DNA of 64,000 nucleotides, taken from NCBI GenBank assembly GCA_964252035.1, contig OZ176209.1. The stretch is one strand, 5' to 3'. Below are positions 49,231 through 62,700 of the stretch, in pieces. Each line of letters begins with the position of its first letter. Position 1 is the stretch's first letter. A program made the translations under genes and the position numbers. The notes under the pieces are model-generated. The model ran no database searches. It was not told where the DNA came from and saw nothing but the letters and a program-made list of their open reading frames with translations. This stretch comes from Podarcis erhardii (taxonomy: Eukaryota).

Positions 49231-51200
49231 TCTGCAGACGTTTCACTATCTACTTCCAATTTCATGTTAGGAAAAATGTCGCTGTCAACTCTGTTTGGCT
49301 TAAATGAGATTGCCTGCTCTCGCATATCAGTTCCGTGGTTTGGTAGCACCTCTTTCTCAGCACTGTTAAATGTTTACCCACCTAGTCCTTACTGTTAACG
49401 AGTGGAAACATGGACACTTGAGGAAGCATTAAGAATTCCTTTGCCCATAACCCCCTGATCCAAAAGTGTCTCTCTGTAGAACTCAGTTCCTGGTAAATCA
49501 TTGTTAGCCAATGTAGCACTACTCTAGATCTTATGGACTCCAGCTCCCATCCACTCCAACCAATTTGGTCAATGGTCAGGGATAAGGAGAGCTGTTGTCT
49601 ACAACATCTGCACAGACTTCCCCTGTAAAAAATGAATAAGGAATCTGTTATTCTAGGTTTCTTGAATAACTTATAAGAGCTCACACTGAAAATCCATTTT
49701 GGCTGTGTCACCCAAAGTTTTGATGTACAGATGAAGTCCCATATACCATTTGGTACTGGGGAATGCCACACCTCTGCATTGCAATGGCAAGTTCCATTCA
49801 ATTACACATCTGTTTTTCATTGTTTCATGCCCGTTCATTTCCACATCAGGGTGTTGTTGTTGTTAATAAACAGAAAAGTGCATGAAGAAAATTGCACCCG
49901 TATATGCTATTAAACATTAAATTTGACCATATTTTGCATATTTCTTGACCTTTCAAACATATTTGTGGATGTATTTTCTTGAAGCATGGACATTTTGGGC
50001 ATTTTAAACACTTCTGTTTGTGTTTTCTGAGGTGAGAACTGCACCGCAAAACTCAGAGAAGTGTGATAGCTGACAGATTGTCTGCAATGCATTTTGTACT
50101 TTAGTTTAGGCGATGTGGAAAGTTTGGTTTGCTATGAAATGTGAAAGGAACAAAATCCTCGAGCATCCCTAGCTGCAGCAGAGAATTTCTGAACACTGAA
50201 AAGAACAGCCAAGTGAGCAGATCGCACCACCAAATACATATTTTATATCAGCAATCAAGAGCCCTTTCTCTTTCTTCTCTCTCAGGAGCTTCCCAATTCC
50301 TTTCTTTGAGCATGAGCATGTTTGAACTTGCGACATTCGGAAGAAAGAAAAGCATGCTTTAAAAAGGAGTAGAGTGACATATTGAGTCATCACATCACTC
50401 TTCTGTGTTTCAGAGGACCTAGGTGCATGGTGCTCAGACCCAACAGACAGAATTCAACCCATGCTCTACTTCAAGTTCACTGTTGTCAGCATGGATGGAG
50501 TACTTATCATGCCTCTGCAAGCGCCTGATGCTATCTGGTTGTGGTCCTGTTCTGAAAGCCAATCAGTGTGCATCAACAGTAGTCAAATGACCACATTTTC
50601 ACATCCAGTGCCATAGAGGAAGCTCAACCAACATGGTCTTAGTGCTTTTCAACCATCACATCAGCGCTCTGCTGCATTGTGTGGGGCATCCCAGAAAGAC
50701 TTGCGTGACATGCCTCTCTTGATACTGCAGAATACATAAGACAGTGCTTCTTTGTCTAAAATTTAAAAACAAAGCCCCCCCAAAAGAGCAACCATCTATA
50801 AAAACCACAACAACATATGCCTACAGTTCATCTATGATTTTCAGGACTCGAGAAAATCTTGACTTAAGAACACTTCCAAATGCATTTCCATCACTCAAGA
50901 CGGAAGACATTCACCTCCCAGAAACTTTAAAGAAGCGAAATATGGAAAGCAGGAGGAAGACGCAAGAGACCTCGAGGAGGAGAGACCTTTAATCCTCCTC
51001 CTGGCTTGGCCAAAGGGCTCCCTGGCCCACTCCAAGACGGCTGAATTGTGTCAGAAGCTAGCTGACAGCTATTTTTGATGATTTTATGGCTGACGTCTTC
51101 AGATCGCCTTTTATTTTAATGATAACCCCAATGCAAACATTAAGATTGTCATTGTCTTACTGGCAATGTCCTAAGGGTGCCTGCTGTCTTTTGAGAGGCA

Positions 51201-51264
<64 letters not shown>

Positions 51265-54171
51265 CCATAAAGCTCTCCAACACTTAATATACCGTGCCAC
51301 TTAAGGGCAGTTATATGCCAGATGGAGTAACCTAGGTTTTCACCTTTCAGCGATTCAAGGCTTTGTGATTTCAGGATTGCCACCTTTTAACCTTGCATAT
51401 TATGGAAGGCTTGTTTAATAGTAATTTCTTCTGCTCAGGAAAGTCTGGGCATGCTTGTTCTGCAAGGAAGCCAAAAGTTCCTGTCACCTTCACCAAACTA
51501 CACTTTCTTAAGATTCTTTGACGGAGGGAACCATGACAGTTAATACTGGGTAAAACCAAAATTATGGTTCTAGCATTATAAGAGGAGAAATCCATATCTC
51601 TCTCCACTATCTCCCCATCATGCAAAATATTATATACTTCTGTCTTGACCCTCCTTACTTGTCTTTTGATTCTAGATGAAAAACCACAACCATTGCAACC
51701 TTCTCTCATACGGTTGGGGTTCCACTTCTTTTGTCATTTTGGTCATCCAAAATGAGGTTTGACAGCGGTCAGTGGGATTTGAAAGACAAGGAGAGGACTA
51801 TAAAAAATTGGGAGAGAGTGATTATGCACAGGCTTATGTACAATGAACAAGCAATTTCTTTCTTTCTTTCTTTTTTTAAAAAGCTATGGCTCTGTGGTTT
51901 CCATTTATCTCTTATGTGGAAGCTCCAAGCTGCTTATCATAATTCAATCAAATATAGCTGGCAATTGGCTCTATAGCCAATATTTGATTATTTGGCTATA
52001 TAACTTACACACCAGAAACTTCTTACTCATTTAGGAGCTTGTCCTTCGGCTGTTTTACTTAACTGTTGCTCAATATTAGAGTGAACCAAGTACCCCTGAT
52101 ATTCTAAAGTTTGTAATCTTCGTGAGTCTTCGTTTCCCCTGAATTTGTCATTTTGTATCATTCTGTTGGTTCCTCCTTTTCACTGTCTGCATTTTGAACT
52201 TTATTTCAAAATAGGATTGCATTTAAACTGTAAAAAGAAAACAAACTGGCCACAGGTACACGATTAATGGATAAAAGGTGATGTTTACTAGAACGTTTAA
52301 AAAAACATAATTTCTGCACACTGCTTTCCTACATCTGGCATAATGTGCTTACGACGGCACTTTCCTTCATCCATCCATCCCAATTTTGACATGTCCCCCC
52401 CCCCCTGCTCTGTAAAATATTTGTAAGTAGCGTGGGGTAGGAAGGGGAGGGGAAGAATCTTCAAATATACTTTAGGGAGCCTTTGTGCCAGTTTTCCCAT
52501 GGATATGTCATGTTGAGTCTCATCTGTCACTACCACTCCAGTGGTGTCATATTTGCACAAAATCACGTAATGCAACAGGACTGACAGATGCGTGATGCGG
52601 CTTGTCGTTTTGCTGCATGTCAGCTGGAAGGCTGCGCGAACCTATTTGTTATCTATCTGTCCCCCCCTCGCCTCCATCCAGAACTCTGCTGCCAAAACCG
52701 TTTGCCTGACTTACTGTCCCTGCAATGCCCTTCCTTCCTATTCCCTGTGCTGACTTCCCATCTCCTTTGGTACGCAGGGGAAGCTCCTTCTTCCTTACCT
52801 TTCACGGATTCATAGAATTGTAGAGTTGGAAGGGACCCTTAGGGTCATCCAGTCCAACCCGCTGCAAGGCAATGGCCTTGCCTTCTCATCTTTCTCTTTG
52901 CACATTCACTTACTTACTTACTTACTCACTCAACTGATCGATAGGCCACTTAATATAAAAAGAAGCTGGAAGTGGTTTACAAAAGGAGGAATTCCAAGGA
53001 GTCTTTAAGCAGATTGCTCCATCTGTCCTTAACTCCCCAAGTGCACTGTTCCAGAGGTAAAATGTAAATGCATATAAACACACATATTAGTGGAAATGAT
53101 GTACATAAATGCATTACATCTGTGGCAAATGCTTTTCAAAAAATGGGTATATTAGGCAAAATGGTACATATACACACACGTGTGTGTATCGGAACAAATC
53201 TGCTCTAAAATGCTGGTGATTTTTAGGATTTTTTAAAATAAAAAACCCACAAAGTTGTGGAAATGAACTTAAGAGTGAAAAAAAGAGAAACTGAAATCAG
53301 CAGGTTCATCTGTCCCTCAGAGTTACGCAATAATTTTTCAATACTCTCCCTCTCTTGCCTCCAATAAGGTAAGCTTGGAAAAAGCTGGCTGTCCAGTCAA
53401 TTTTAAATTTGGTAGGTTTGGGGGGACCATCAAAAGGCAACATGTTCTGAATTATTTAAATATATAGCCCTAGAACACTTTAGGTCATCTCCAGCTAGTG
53501 ATTTGGTAGATGCCAAGGAGTTTGAGCTGAAGTGAAATTTCACATCAATCTGAAATTAGGAGAGATTTCAGAATCTGAATTCAACCTTTGAAATTTTCAG
53601 AGAGGTTCAAGTTCCACTTTTGGATTCAGCTTTGATGAATCCTTTAAAGTTGCTTAAATCCCAATGCTTAACTGATTAATTTTAAGCTACATATCTGCAT
53701 GTGAAATTCAACAGTTTTACAACCGGTATTATCCCCTCGCCCCACAAAACACTTGCTGCATCTAACTACATTCACACTTGACCTATATTTCGGAAATGCT
53801 GGAGAAAATTACAAAACTAGAAACTCTTACATTTGTATCCTTGCATGCAAAGTTGAGGTGGGGGAAATTGCACTGGGGGCTTTCTTTTTCTTTTTACCCC
53901 AGACTCATTTCTGCTCTGCAAAGAGTTAAGGTTGCTGGGAAAGGACAAACAACAACCTGCCCATCCATTTTGTTTCAGATTTCATTCGGCCCCTACAGTT
54001 ACAATTTTATGACCCAGTTAGGAATTTCTGGCCAGCTGGATGCAACAATACTATTTGCTATCCTAATGGCTATAAACATTGTGAGGGTTTGGCTTGTTGT
54101 CCAATATATAAGCTATAAAATGATATTCTTCCTCTGTTTGCTTTATGCACAAAATTGTGCTTCAATGCCCA

Positions 54172-54228
<57 letters not shown>

Positions 54229-54705
54229 GTACCTCAAACTAAACTCTGGCTTCCAGTAACAGGGAAGCATGTAGAAACATAGAATCTGGATTGGAACAGG
54301 GGGCTTTACATGCCACAGGGTCAGCAACCTCATGCCCATAGGCTGCTTGTAGCCCTTCAGAGCTCTTTATCTGGCCCTTGGGATTCTTCCCAGACCACAC
54401 CCTTGTCTGGCCTTGCTCCATGTCCTCCTTGAATGCTTATGCCAGAATGGAATTTGCTCTTGAATTGTGATGACGCCTCTTCCTTGACTGACAGGAAGAT
54501 GGTGAGATGTGTATGCATGACTTGGGTCACTTCCCATTCCTCTGGAGACATGATCTTCACCTCTTTTGGAGCCCACCATTTGCCCTGGACCCCACAGAGC
54601 CCTGATACTCCCATACAAAAAAGGATTCCCCAAAGCCATCACTTCAGAATCTTTGAAGTACTATTTTGCTAACAAGATCCTCTCTGTGCAATGATCATTG
54701 GGAGT

Positions 54706-54848
54706 GGGGATAGCTTAGTCATTGGAGCATGAGACTCTTAATCTCAGGGTCGTGGGTCTGAACCCCTCACTGGGCAAAAGATTCCTGCATTGCAGGGGAT
54801 TGGACAAGATGACTTTAGGGGTCCCTTCCAACTCTACAATTCTATGGT
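54706..54848 (+). mobile_element. tRNA-Lys(CTT)-headed SINE with CR1 tail
   Basis: tagcttagtcattggagcatgagactCTTaatctcagggtcgtgggtctgaacccc..tgggc + attcctgcattgcagggg..ccttccaactctacaattctatg. Confidence 0.85.
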
Positions 54849-57443
54849 TCTAAGCATTCTCCACTACGAAGCTCTCCTGTCTGTTTGTCTGTCTCCTGTT
54901 CACAGCTTCCAAAGCATGCAATCCTTTCCGGGCTGTTTCTGCTCAAGTCAAAAGGCTGATGCATCTTTTACCATTCACAGCTCTGTCTGGTGAACAGATA
55001 AATTGAGATAATGAGGGATTAAACCACCCCACCCTCTTTGCTTAAAGATCCAATCCAATGTTTGAGAGGGTTTTGCACCCAAAGGAGAGAAAAACTTCGC
55101 ATGCCCTGGTGGTTTGCATTGTTTACAGCTTGCTTAAACCACCATTTATTCTCCTTGTTGCAATTCCCGGGTGCTACTGCTGAGCAAATAGTAGCGTTGC
55201 TACCCAGGAGTAACTGAAAAGAACAGCAGCAGCAAAAATTGATCTGAACAATCTGTGTGCTGTAGACATTTGATGGGGATGCAACTGTGACTTGGGCAAA
55301 AGTCTGGGGTCGTAATGAGGTTAAAAGGAAAGCCGACGGGAATTGGTGGCTCTTGCTACATTTCACAATGAACTGGCCCTGGATTTTTCAATGGCTTCAG
55401 ACAATGCACAGTGCCTTGTTGAGCAGCAAGAGATGTTTAGTGAACATCCTAAGGAGCTGTGGAAACTCACAGGAGACCAGAGCTATATTGAGAGAAGTAG
55501 CCATAAAAGGCTTGATTTTGATGTACAACAGGTAGATAAATGCCACCTGCATTTATGTAAGGTTAAAATATACAGAAGGATAATTTCACACAATATAGGG
55601 AAACAAGAAAGCCACCTTGTTCCTGTACTCTGTGCAACTAAACATGGCCCCAAGTTTATTGATGTCAATGGGAGGTAGTGCACGCAGCTATTAAAAAAAA
55701 CCCCAACCACCACTCCCCCATCCTACGGATACATCTATCACTGCTTCAAAGTAAACAATCTAGGCTGTGAACACAAGGCCTGCATTTTCTGCCTTGTTAT
55801 CAGTGTGTGTGGTTTTTCAGGCACAATTCACAATGTTGTTTAGGATTGGGGTGAGCAAGCTGTTGATGGAACCCTGTCCCCAGAAAAGTTTGTGCATGCC
55901 CACCACCAATGCTGTGAGTCCATAGGCCTTGAAGGTCTAGACATCCACATTCACTCTGGTATACTGTGATTCAAGAAGACTATCTGCTATGCAATAATAC
56001 ATGAAAGGGCCTTCTTGATACTGCTACCCAGATTATGGAATGCTGTCCTCTGTCTGGTTCAACTGACCCTGATCCTGATGGGTTTTACAATAAAAAAGTC
56101 CCTTCTGGTTAAACTGGTTTTTGGTGGAGATGGGCATGGGCCCCTGCATGGGTGAGCCTACATAATTTGCTCTTTCTGAAACAATAAGTGAACTGAAACA
56201 CACTTGTCTTTTGAAATTTGCATTTCCCTGAATTTTGCAACGTGGTTCCCCAGCCACATAATATGAACAAATTTGCATATATTGGGCGAAAAAGCATATA
56301 CTAATGAAAAATATCAAATGGAAATGCATTATAGTGTGGGAAATTTGTTTTGCAAAAAAGAAAAAGAAAAAAGGCACAGATACATACAAAAATGTGTGCA
56401 TCAGGAGAAATTCGCACTAAGACACTGGCTAATTTTCACGAGGACTTTTATAAAAAGAATTCCAAAGAGATGTGGAAATGTGGCATCTGTACTTAAGATT
56501 GAAAAAAGGTGAGAAACTAAGAAGAACCAGACTTGTCTGGTCTAACCCGTCCCTAATTGCACCCCACGGTGCGATTAATGAAGAGCAAGCTAGAGATTTC
56601 TTAAATAAAATAAAAATGAGGGCAAGTGGAGTTGAATGCTGAGGTTCATATCTGCAGGGAAATAAGTAGTGGAAGCACAGAAGGTGCCAAGCAATTCTGC
56701 TCAGTCCAACATCAAACAACTGGTGAGGACCACTGATAAACAGTTTGCCAAGATGGTGGCTGCCAAGGTCTTAAGAGGTTCCAGTGATGTGCTCAAGTCT
56801 TACGTAGATTTAAAGGATGATCCTTGGCAGCTTCCCACCAATCATTCTCAGCACTTTTAGGGCCAACAGTTGCTCCATCTGCTGCTGAGGCTGACTTTGA
56901 ACAATCCTTGCCAAAAAGCAGTGGAGCGATAACTCTTGAAGTTATCCTCTACGGAATAAAAACACCTCTCTCTCTCTCCTCCAAGAACCCAACCCTTGTC
57001 GTAGCTTCAGGTGAAGCTACTACCCTCTCCAAGAAAACTTGAACAATTCCTGCCTCTCCCCACACACATTGTGCCAGCACAAATAAGGGCCTGCAGATGG
57101 GTTTTCAGCAAAACAACAGCTTCTTGAAGGTCATTTGAAGGGGGAGGGGATGGGAAGGAACCTTGAACAGTTCCTGGGTGGAAAAAATTGGCTTACTGCG
57201 ATTTTAATGAAATTTCCTCCGTCACAAAGGAACACAAAGATTCTCCAACAAATTTACGACAGGGCGAAGAAAGAACTTTAAAATTCCAGATTGGTCTTTG
57301 CAGGAGAACAGCTGAAACAGATCAGTGACCTGAAGTGTACTGTAATTCTGTAAAATCCTATATCAATCACATTACATTTCACACACGTTATTATCTTCCC
57401 TGGGTTTGCAGAGAAGGGAATCCCTTTGCACATCTACATTCAA

Positions 57444-57492
<49 letters not shown>

Positions 57493-57578
57493 TTTCTTAT
57501 GTTAAAATGGTAAGATCCATTTTAATTTGTTTTTATTGTATTGCATTTTTCATACTATCGGGCAACACAATTTATTGT

Positions 57579-57663
57579 CATAGCTGTCAACTTTTCTTGC
57601 GAGGATTCCTATTCGGAATAAGGGAATTTTCCTTAAAAAAAAGGGGAAATGTTGACAGCTATG
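57579..57663. mobile_element. Minimal hAT MITE, 85 bp, perfect 8-bp TSD TTTATTGT
   Basis: TIR catagctgtcaac / gttgacagctatg; TSD at 57571-57578 and 57664-57671. Confidence 0.92.
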
Positions 57664-57699
57664 TTTATTGTATCAAAATCCCCATGTCTCCTCTAGGAC

Positions 57700-58330
57700 C
57701 CCATTAAGGGTAACCAAAATGACCAAAGAGTTGGAGAAACTTATATACTAGGAAAGGTTAAATCAATTGGAGGGACATGATAGAGGTATATAGGATTATG
57801 CACGATATAGAGAAGGTTTATAGGGAGTACCTTTTCTCCCACTTTCAGGGGTTATCCAATGATGCTGAACGTTGGGAGATTCAGGAAGCACTTCTTGACA
57901 CTGCATGTAGTTAAACTGTGCAATTTGCTACTATGGAACATGGTAACGGCCATCAACTTGGATGACTTTAAAAGGGGATTAGACAAATTCATGGAAGGTG
58001 AGGACCTCACCATGCCTATTTTACTTCCAGTTTCAGTGGCACTATGACTCTGAACACCAGTTGCTGAACAACACGAGCAGAAGCATGGAATTCAACATGT
58101 GTCCTATTGGTGGACTTCCCATAGACATCTGGTTGGTCACTGCAGGGATGGGATGCTGGAATAGTGATGGACCTTTGGTCCAATCCAGCAGGGTCCATCT
58201 TACTCTCCTTCCTCAGAGGTTTTTAAGCAGAAGCTGGATGGTCACCTGTCATGGATGCTTCAGCTGAGATTCCTGCGTTGCAGTGGATTAGATGACCCTC
58301 GGGGCCCTTCCAACTCCACAATTCTATAAT
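57700..58330 (+). mobile_element. CR1 3' fragments (two adjacent ends)
   Basis: LNVGRFRKHFLTLHVVKLCNLL..DDFKRGLDKFME; second tail gaggtttttaagcag..ccttccaactccacaattctat. Confidence 0.8.
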
Positions 58331-58544
58331 TCTGGCCTCATCACTGTAAAGGCGTAAGTGGCTATGCCCAAATCTAGCTCTTCCACCTGATAGTCCTGAG
58401 GTCACTGACGCATTAGTTTTCTATCTGCAGGAAATTCTTCCGTATGGAAGAGGAGTCAACCACACGACCCCCCCCCCCACCCACAGTCTGAGGGGGTAGA
58501 GCCAAAACGCAGACTTCCCACCTTGGCGGGAACTAGAGCTGAGT

Positions 58545-58547
58545 GGC

Positions 58548-58597
<50 letters not shown>

Positions 58598-59055
58598 TTT
58601 TATTTATATCCCGACCTCCCCAGCCGAAGCCGGGCTCAGAGCGGCTAACAACAGTAAAAGTAACACAGTTTACATAAAATCGCAATCCATTAATTGAAAT
58701 TCTAAACACAGTTTGTTCTAAAATCAATTCTGAATCAAATTAATGGCAACCATTGGGCTAGAGTTCTATGAGGATTATGAGGATTACCAGAGGAGGGGGT
58801 CAGACTGTGCCTTGGCCAAAGGCCTGGTGGAACAGCTCTGTCTTGCAGGCCCTGCGGAAAGATGTCAAGTCCCAGAGGGCCCTCGTCTCTTGTGACAGAG
58901 CATTCCACCAGATCGGGGCCACGGCCGAAAAAGCCCTGGCTCTGGTTGAGGCCAGCCTAACCTCCCTGTGGCCCAGGATCTCCAAGATGTTTTTATTTGA
59001 AGACCGTAAGGTCCTCCAAGGGACATACCAGGAGAGGCAGTCCAGTAGGTACAAG
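58545..59055 (-). mobile_element. L2 LINE 3' end with (AAT)n tail
   Basis: LRSSNKNILEILGHREVRLASTRARAFSAVAPIWWNAL..FRRACKTELF. Confidence 0.88.
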
Positions 59056-59169
59056 GGTAATATTTTCCTGGTAAGGATAACTCCCTCCTTCACGTTATTT
59101 ACCCACACAACTTCATATACACATACTGACAACCATTCCAGTGAATTGATTTGACTGGCCTTCCATCTG

Positions 59170-59355
59170 CAGGCAGGAAGAACGGTTGCATGCAAAAATG
59201 TCCCATGTTCAATCTCTCTCTGGCATCTCCAGGTAGGAATGTGAGAGACCCCTGCCTGAGACCCCTGGAGAACTACTGCTGCTGCTGGTCAGTGTACACA
59301 CTACTGAGCTAAATGGACCCCCAAAGGCCTGGATTGGTAGAAGGGAGCTTCTTCT
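59170..59355 (+). mobile_element. tRNA-Ala-derived SINE
   Basis: gttgcatgcaaaaatgtcccatgttcaatc..ggcatctccaggtagg..gagctaaatggacc. Confidence 0.65.
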
Positions 59356-59608
59356 GCCCCTGCCCCCTCTCCCCTGCTCCCATCACCTCTTTCTTCTGGG
59401 CGTCTGACAACTGCCACCAGAGACCCTAGAAAACACTCCTTTCAGATCACTTTGTATTATAAATAATTGTGCTGCCATGTTTCAGTTCTGAGCTCAGAAC
59501 TGCACTCACCCAAACTCCACAGGCAGATCAGGTGACCCTTCTCCAATTCAACTCTCTCTCTCTCTTTCTCTCCCCCCCCTCTCTCTCCCTCCCCCTTTCC
59601 ATCTCTCT

Positions 59609-59788
59609 NNNNNNNNNNNNNNNNNNNNNNNNNNNNNNNNNNNNNNNNNNNNNNNNNNNNNNNNNNNNNNNNNNNNNNNNNNNNNNNNNNNNNNNNNNNN
59701 NNNNNNNNNNNNNNNNNNNNNNNNNNNNNNNNNNNNNNNNNNNNNNNNNNNNNNNNNNNNNNNNNNNNNNNNNNNNNNNNNNNNNNNN
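59609..59788. other. Assembly gap (180 N)
   Basis: Run of N between (CT)-rich flanks. Confidence 1.
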
Positions 59789-59914
59789 ATTATCCTTTCC
59801 TTTCACCCCCCCTCCTCTCTCTCTCTGAGCCTCCAACTGGCACACAGCAGATTGAAAACAGCAGGCTTCAGAGGGATCATGCTGCACAATTTTACAGCCT
59901 TTTGGAGGGCCCCT

Positions 59915-59954
<40 letters not shown>

Positions 59955-60515
59955 CTCTGGGGACCAGTCCCCCACCCCCTTTCAATTTGTGGATAAATTC
60001 TGTTTGTGTCCTTTGAAAGAACTGCAAGCCAAAGGCACAGAAACACCTAGAAAAAGTATTTTTATTTTTTTTTTAAAAAAAAGAAAATTGGGAAGGAAAG
60101 AATAGCATAACAGAATTCTGGTAGCTGCCACTAGATTTTCTTTTCTTTTTAACAGGTATCCTTTTGAGTCACTGCAGTGGTGGCTGATGCCATTTGAGAC
60201 AGGGGGGACGGGACGACAAAGGCAGAGAGGACAACAGCAGGTGAAGCCAGAGCCAAGTACAGAAAGAGTCAACTTATTCTGGTTTTGCCCCCTGTCCTCC
60301 ACCCTGCAGAGTTGTACAAGGGCAACACTGAGGCAGCAGAAGGAGATGGTACTCGGTGCTGGTTGTGAGTAAGAAGGGGAGGGCGGGCTATGGCTGAGGT
60401 TGGCAGGGCACAGCCCCATGCTCCCTAATAAACCCCAAGAGACCCACCTCCACTGAGGGCAGATGCCCTGCAACCTAACACATCCTTCGGCAACTCTGTG
60501 CCCTTTCAAGGTTTT

Positions 60516-61337
60516 TGTCAGGGAATTGCCATCGGCTCAGAGGCGAGAGATGGAAAGGCAGTTGTGTTATAGGGAGCCTCCAAAAATCTCGCAAAGCAGT
60601 TCCTCTTCCGGCGAGGAGGAAAGCCCCACCTCCAATGAAGAAGAGGTGCAGGGACCAGGGGATGCTAGGGAGAGCCTCAACACCGAGCCTGAGCAAACCG
60701 GAGAGGCGGGAAGTATGCCCCTGCCAGCGCCCGTGCTGCGCAGTAGGCTTCGGTGCAGGGAGGGAAGGAAAAGGCTGGGGGTGATGCGACTTTTATGCTG
60801 GGGGAGGTTCAAAAACCGACCACTCCCAGATTCTGCTAGCGATTGAGCCAGACATGAACTTACGACGCTCTTCGCTGTAAATAGTTTGCACCAAGAATAA
60901 AGCCTGGAAAAGACAGGTCGGAGTCTTGCCTGTTTACTCTCGAGCAACGGCACCAGCAAAGGTACGCGGGTGGCACTGTGGGTTAAACCACTGAGCCTAG
61001 GGCTTGCTGATCAGAAGGTTGGCAGTTCGAATCCCCGCGATGGGGTGAGCTCCCGTTGCTCAGTCCCTGCTCCTGCCAACCTAGCAGTTCAAAAGCACAT
61101 CAAAGTGCAAGTAGATAAATAGGTACCACTCCGGCGGGAAGGTAAACAGCGTTTCCGTGCGCTGCTCTGGTTACCCAGAAGCGGCTTAGTCATGCTGGCC
61201 ACATGACCTGGAAGCTGTACGCCGGCTCCCTCGGCCAATAAAGCGAGATGAGCGCCGCAACCCCAGAGTCGGCCATGACTGGACCTAATGGTCAGGGGTC
61301 CCTTTACCTTTACCTTTAACCACACCAGCATCTGACA
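60516..61337 (+). mobile_element. Solo LTR (about 450 bp, probably Gypsy-type) with a Sauria SINE inserted near its 3' end
   Basis: Termini TGTCAG...CTGACA; 5-bp flanks gtttt/gattt; AATAAA at 60896-60901. Confidence 0.75.
60959..61322 (+). mobile_element. Full-length Sauria SINE, 8-bp TSD CACCAGCA
   Basis: TSD at 60951-60958 and 61323-61330. Confidence 0.95.
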
Positions 61338-61369
61338 GATTTGGAGTACAACTTCCATCAGCCCAAATC

Positions 61370-62276
61370 AGGATAGCTGATGATACACAGCTCGACTTTG
61401 TCATGACATCTGAATCAGGAGAAGCTGTGAAAGCTCTGGATCTGTGTCTGAATGCAATGGTGGACGGGATGGAGGCGAATAAATCCTGGGTAGAAAGAAC
61501 CTCTCTGAACGGGTGGTTCCCGTGTTTGGGAAACTGGCAAGTTACCTGTTTAGGATGGAGTTGCACTCCCTCTGAAGCAGCAAGTGCGTAGTTTGGAGGT
61601 ACTCCTACATACATCTATGTTACTAGAGGCCCAAATGTCCTCTGTGGATAGGAGTGCCTTTTAGCAGCTTCACCTGGTTTGCTAGCTACGGTCGTTCTTG
61701 CACAGGGATAGCCTGACCACTGCACACTACACGTTGGTAACCTCAAGGCTGGATTGCTGTAATGCGCTCTATGGCTGCTGGTGGGGGCACCTAGTCGAGA
61801 ACAGCTGACACCATTGTTAGAACAGCTGTTTCGGCTGCCCATCTACTACTAAGTCAGGTTCAAAGTTATTGTATTAATTTGTATTTGAACAACTTAGGCC
61901 CAGTGTACCTCAGGGGTCATTTGAACCCTTATATTCCAGCTTGACCATTGAGATCATCTGCAGGAACATCGCTGGTCATTCCCTGGGTTGGCAAGGCTCG
62001 TTGGACAGCATTGGGGAACTGATCATTTAGTGCCATTGGCCCAATCTTGTGAAATACTCTGCCAACAGAGATTCAGCAGGCACCTTCTGTGACAACTTTT
62101 AAATTCCTGCTCAAAACTTTTCTATTCCACCAGGGCTACGTAGGCAATTGCTAACACATCTTCCCACAATGGTTAATTGATGGTTGCTTTTAACTTTTTA
62201 TATATGGTTTTTATTGGGTGTTTTATGTATTGTTGCTGCAAACTGCTCTGATATGTTTCTTCTTCCGATAGAGTGG
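61370..62276 (+). mobile_element. Fragmented L2 LINE (RT region to 3' end)
   Basis: ADDTQLDFVMTSESGEAVKALDLCLNAMVDGMEANK; ctggattgctgtaatgcgctct; T-rich 3'UTR. Confidence 0.65.
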
Positions 62277-62324
<48 letters not shown>

Positions 62325-62700
62325 TTATTTATACCCTGCCCATCGGGCTGAGTTTCCCCAGCCACTCTGGGTGGCTCCCAATCAAATGTTAAAAACAGTA
62401 CAGCATTAAATATTAAAAACTTCCCTGAACAGGGCTGCCTTCAGATGTCTTTTGAAGATAGGATAGCTGCTTATTTCCTTCACATCTGATGGGAGGGTGT
62501 TCCACAGGGTGGGCGCCACTACCGAGAAGACCCTCTGTCTGGTTCCCTGTAATCTCACTTCTTGTAATGAGGGAACTGCCAGAAGGCCCTCAGCGCTGGA
62601 TCTCAGTGTCCAGGCTGAACGATGGGGGTGGAGACGTTGCTACAGGTATACAGGACCGAGGCCATTTAGGGCTTTAAAGGTCAGCACCAACACTTTGAGT
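62277..62700 (-). mobile_element. Young L2 3' end with (AAT)n tail
   Basis: Closely matches 5846-6465. Confidence 0.9.

Noticed and set aside
55343-57042. Protein-looking short ORFs at 55343-55678, 56669-56860 and 56824-57042, and a minus-strand exon-like segment at about 56803-56947 containing DHPLNL
   Set aside because: No family recognised and no poly(A)/TSD of a retrocopy. The exon-like piece would be phase 0-1 and incompatible with exon 10. A tblastn search would settle it.
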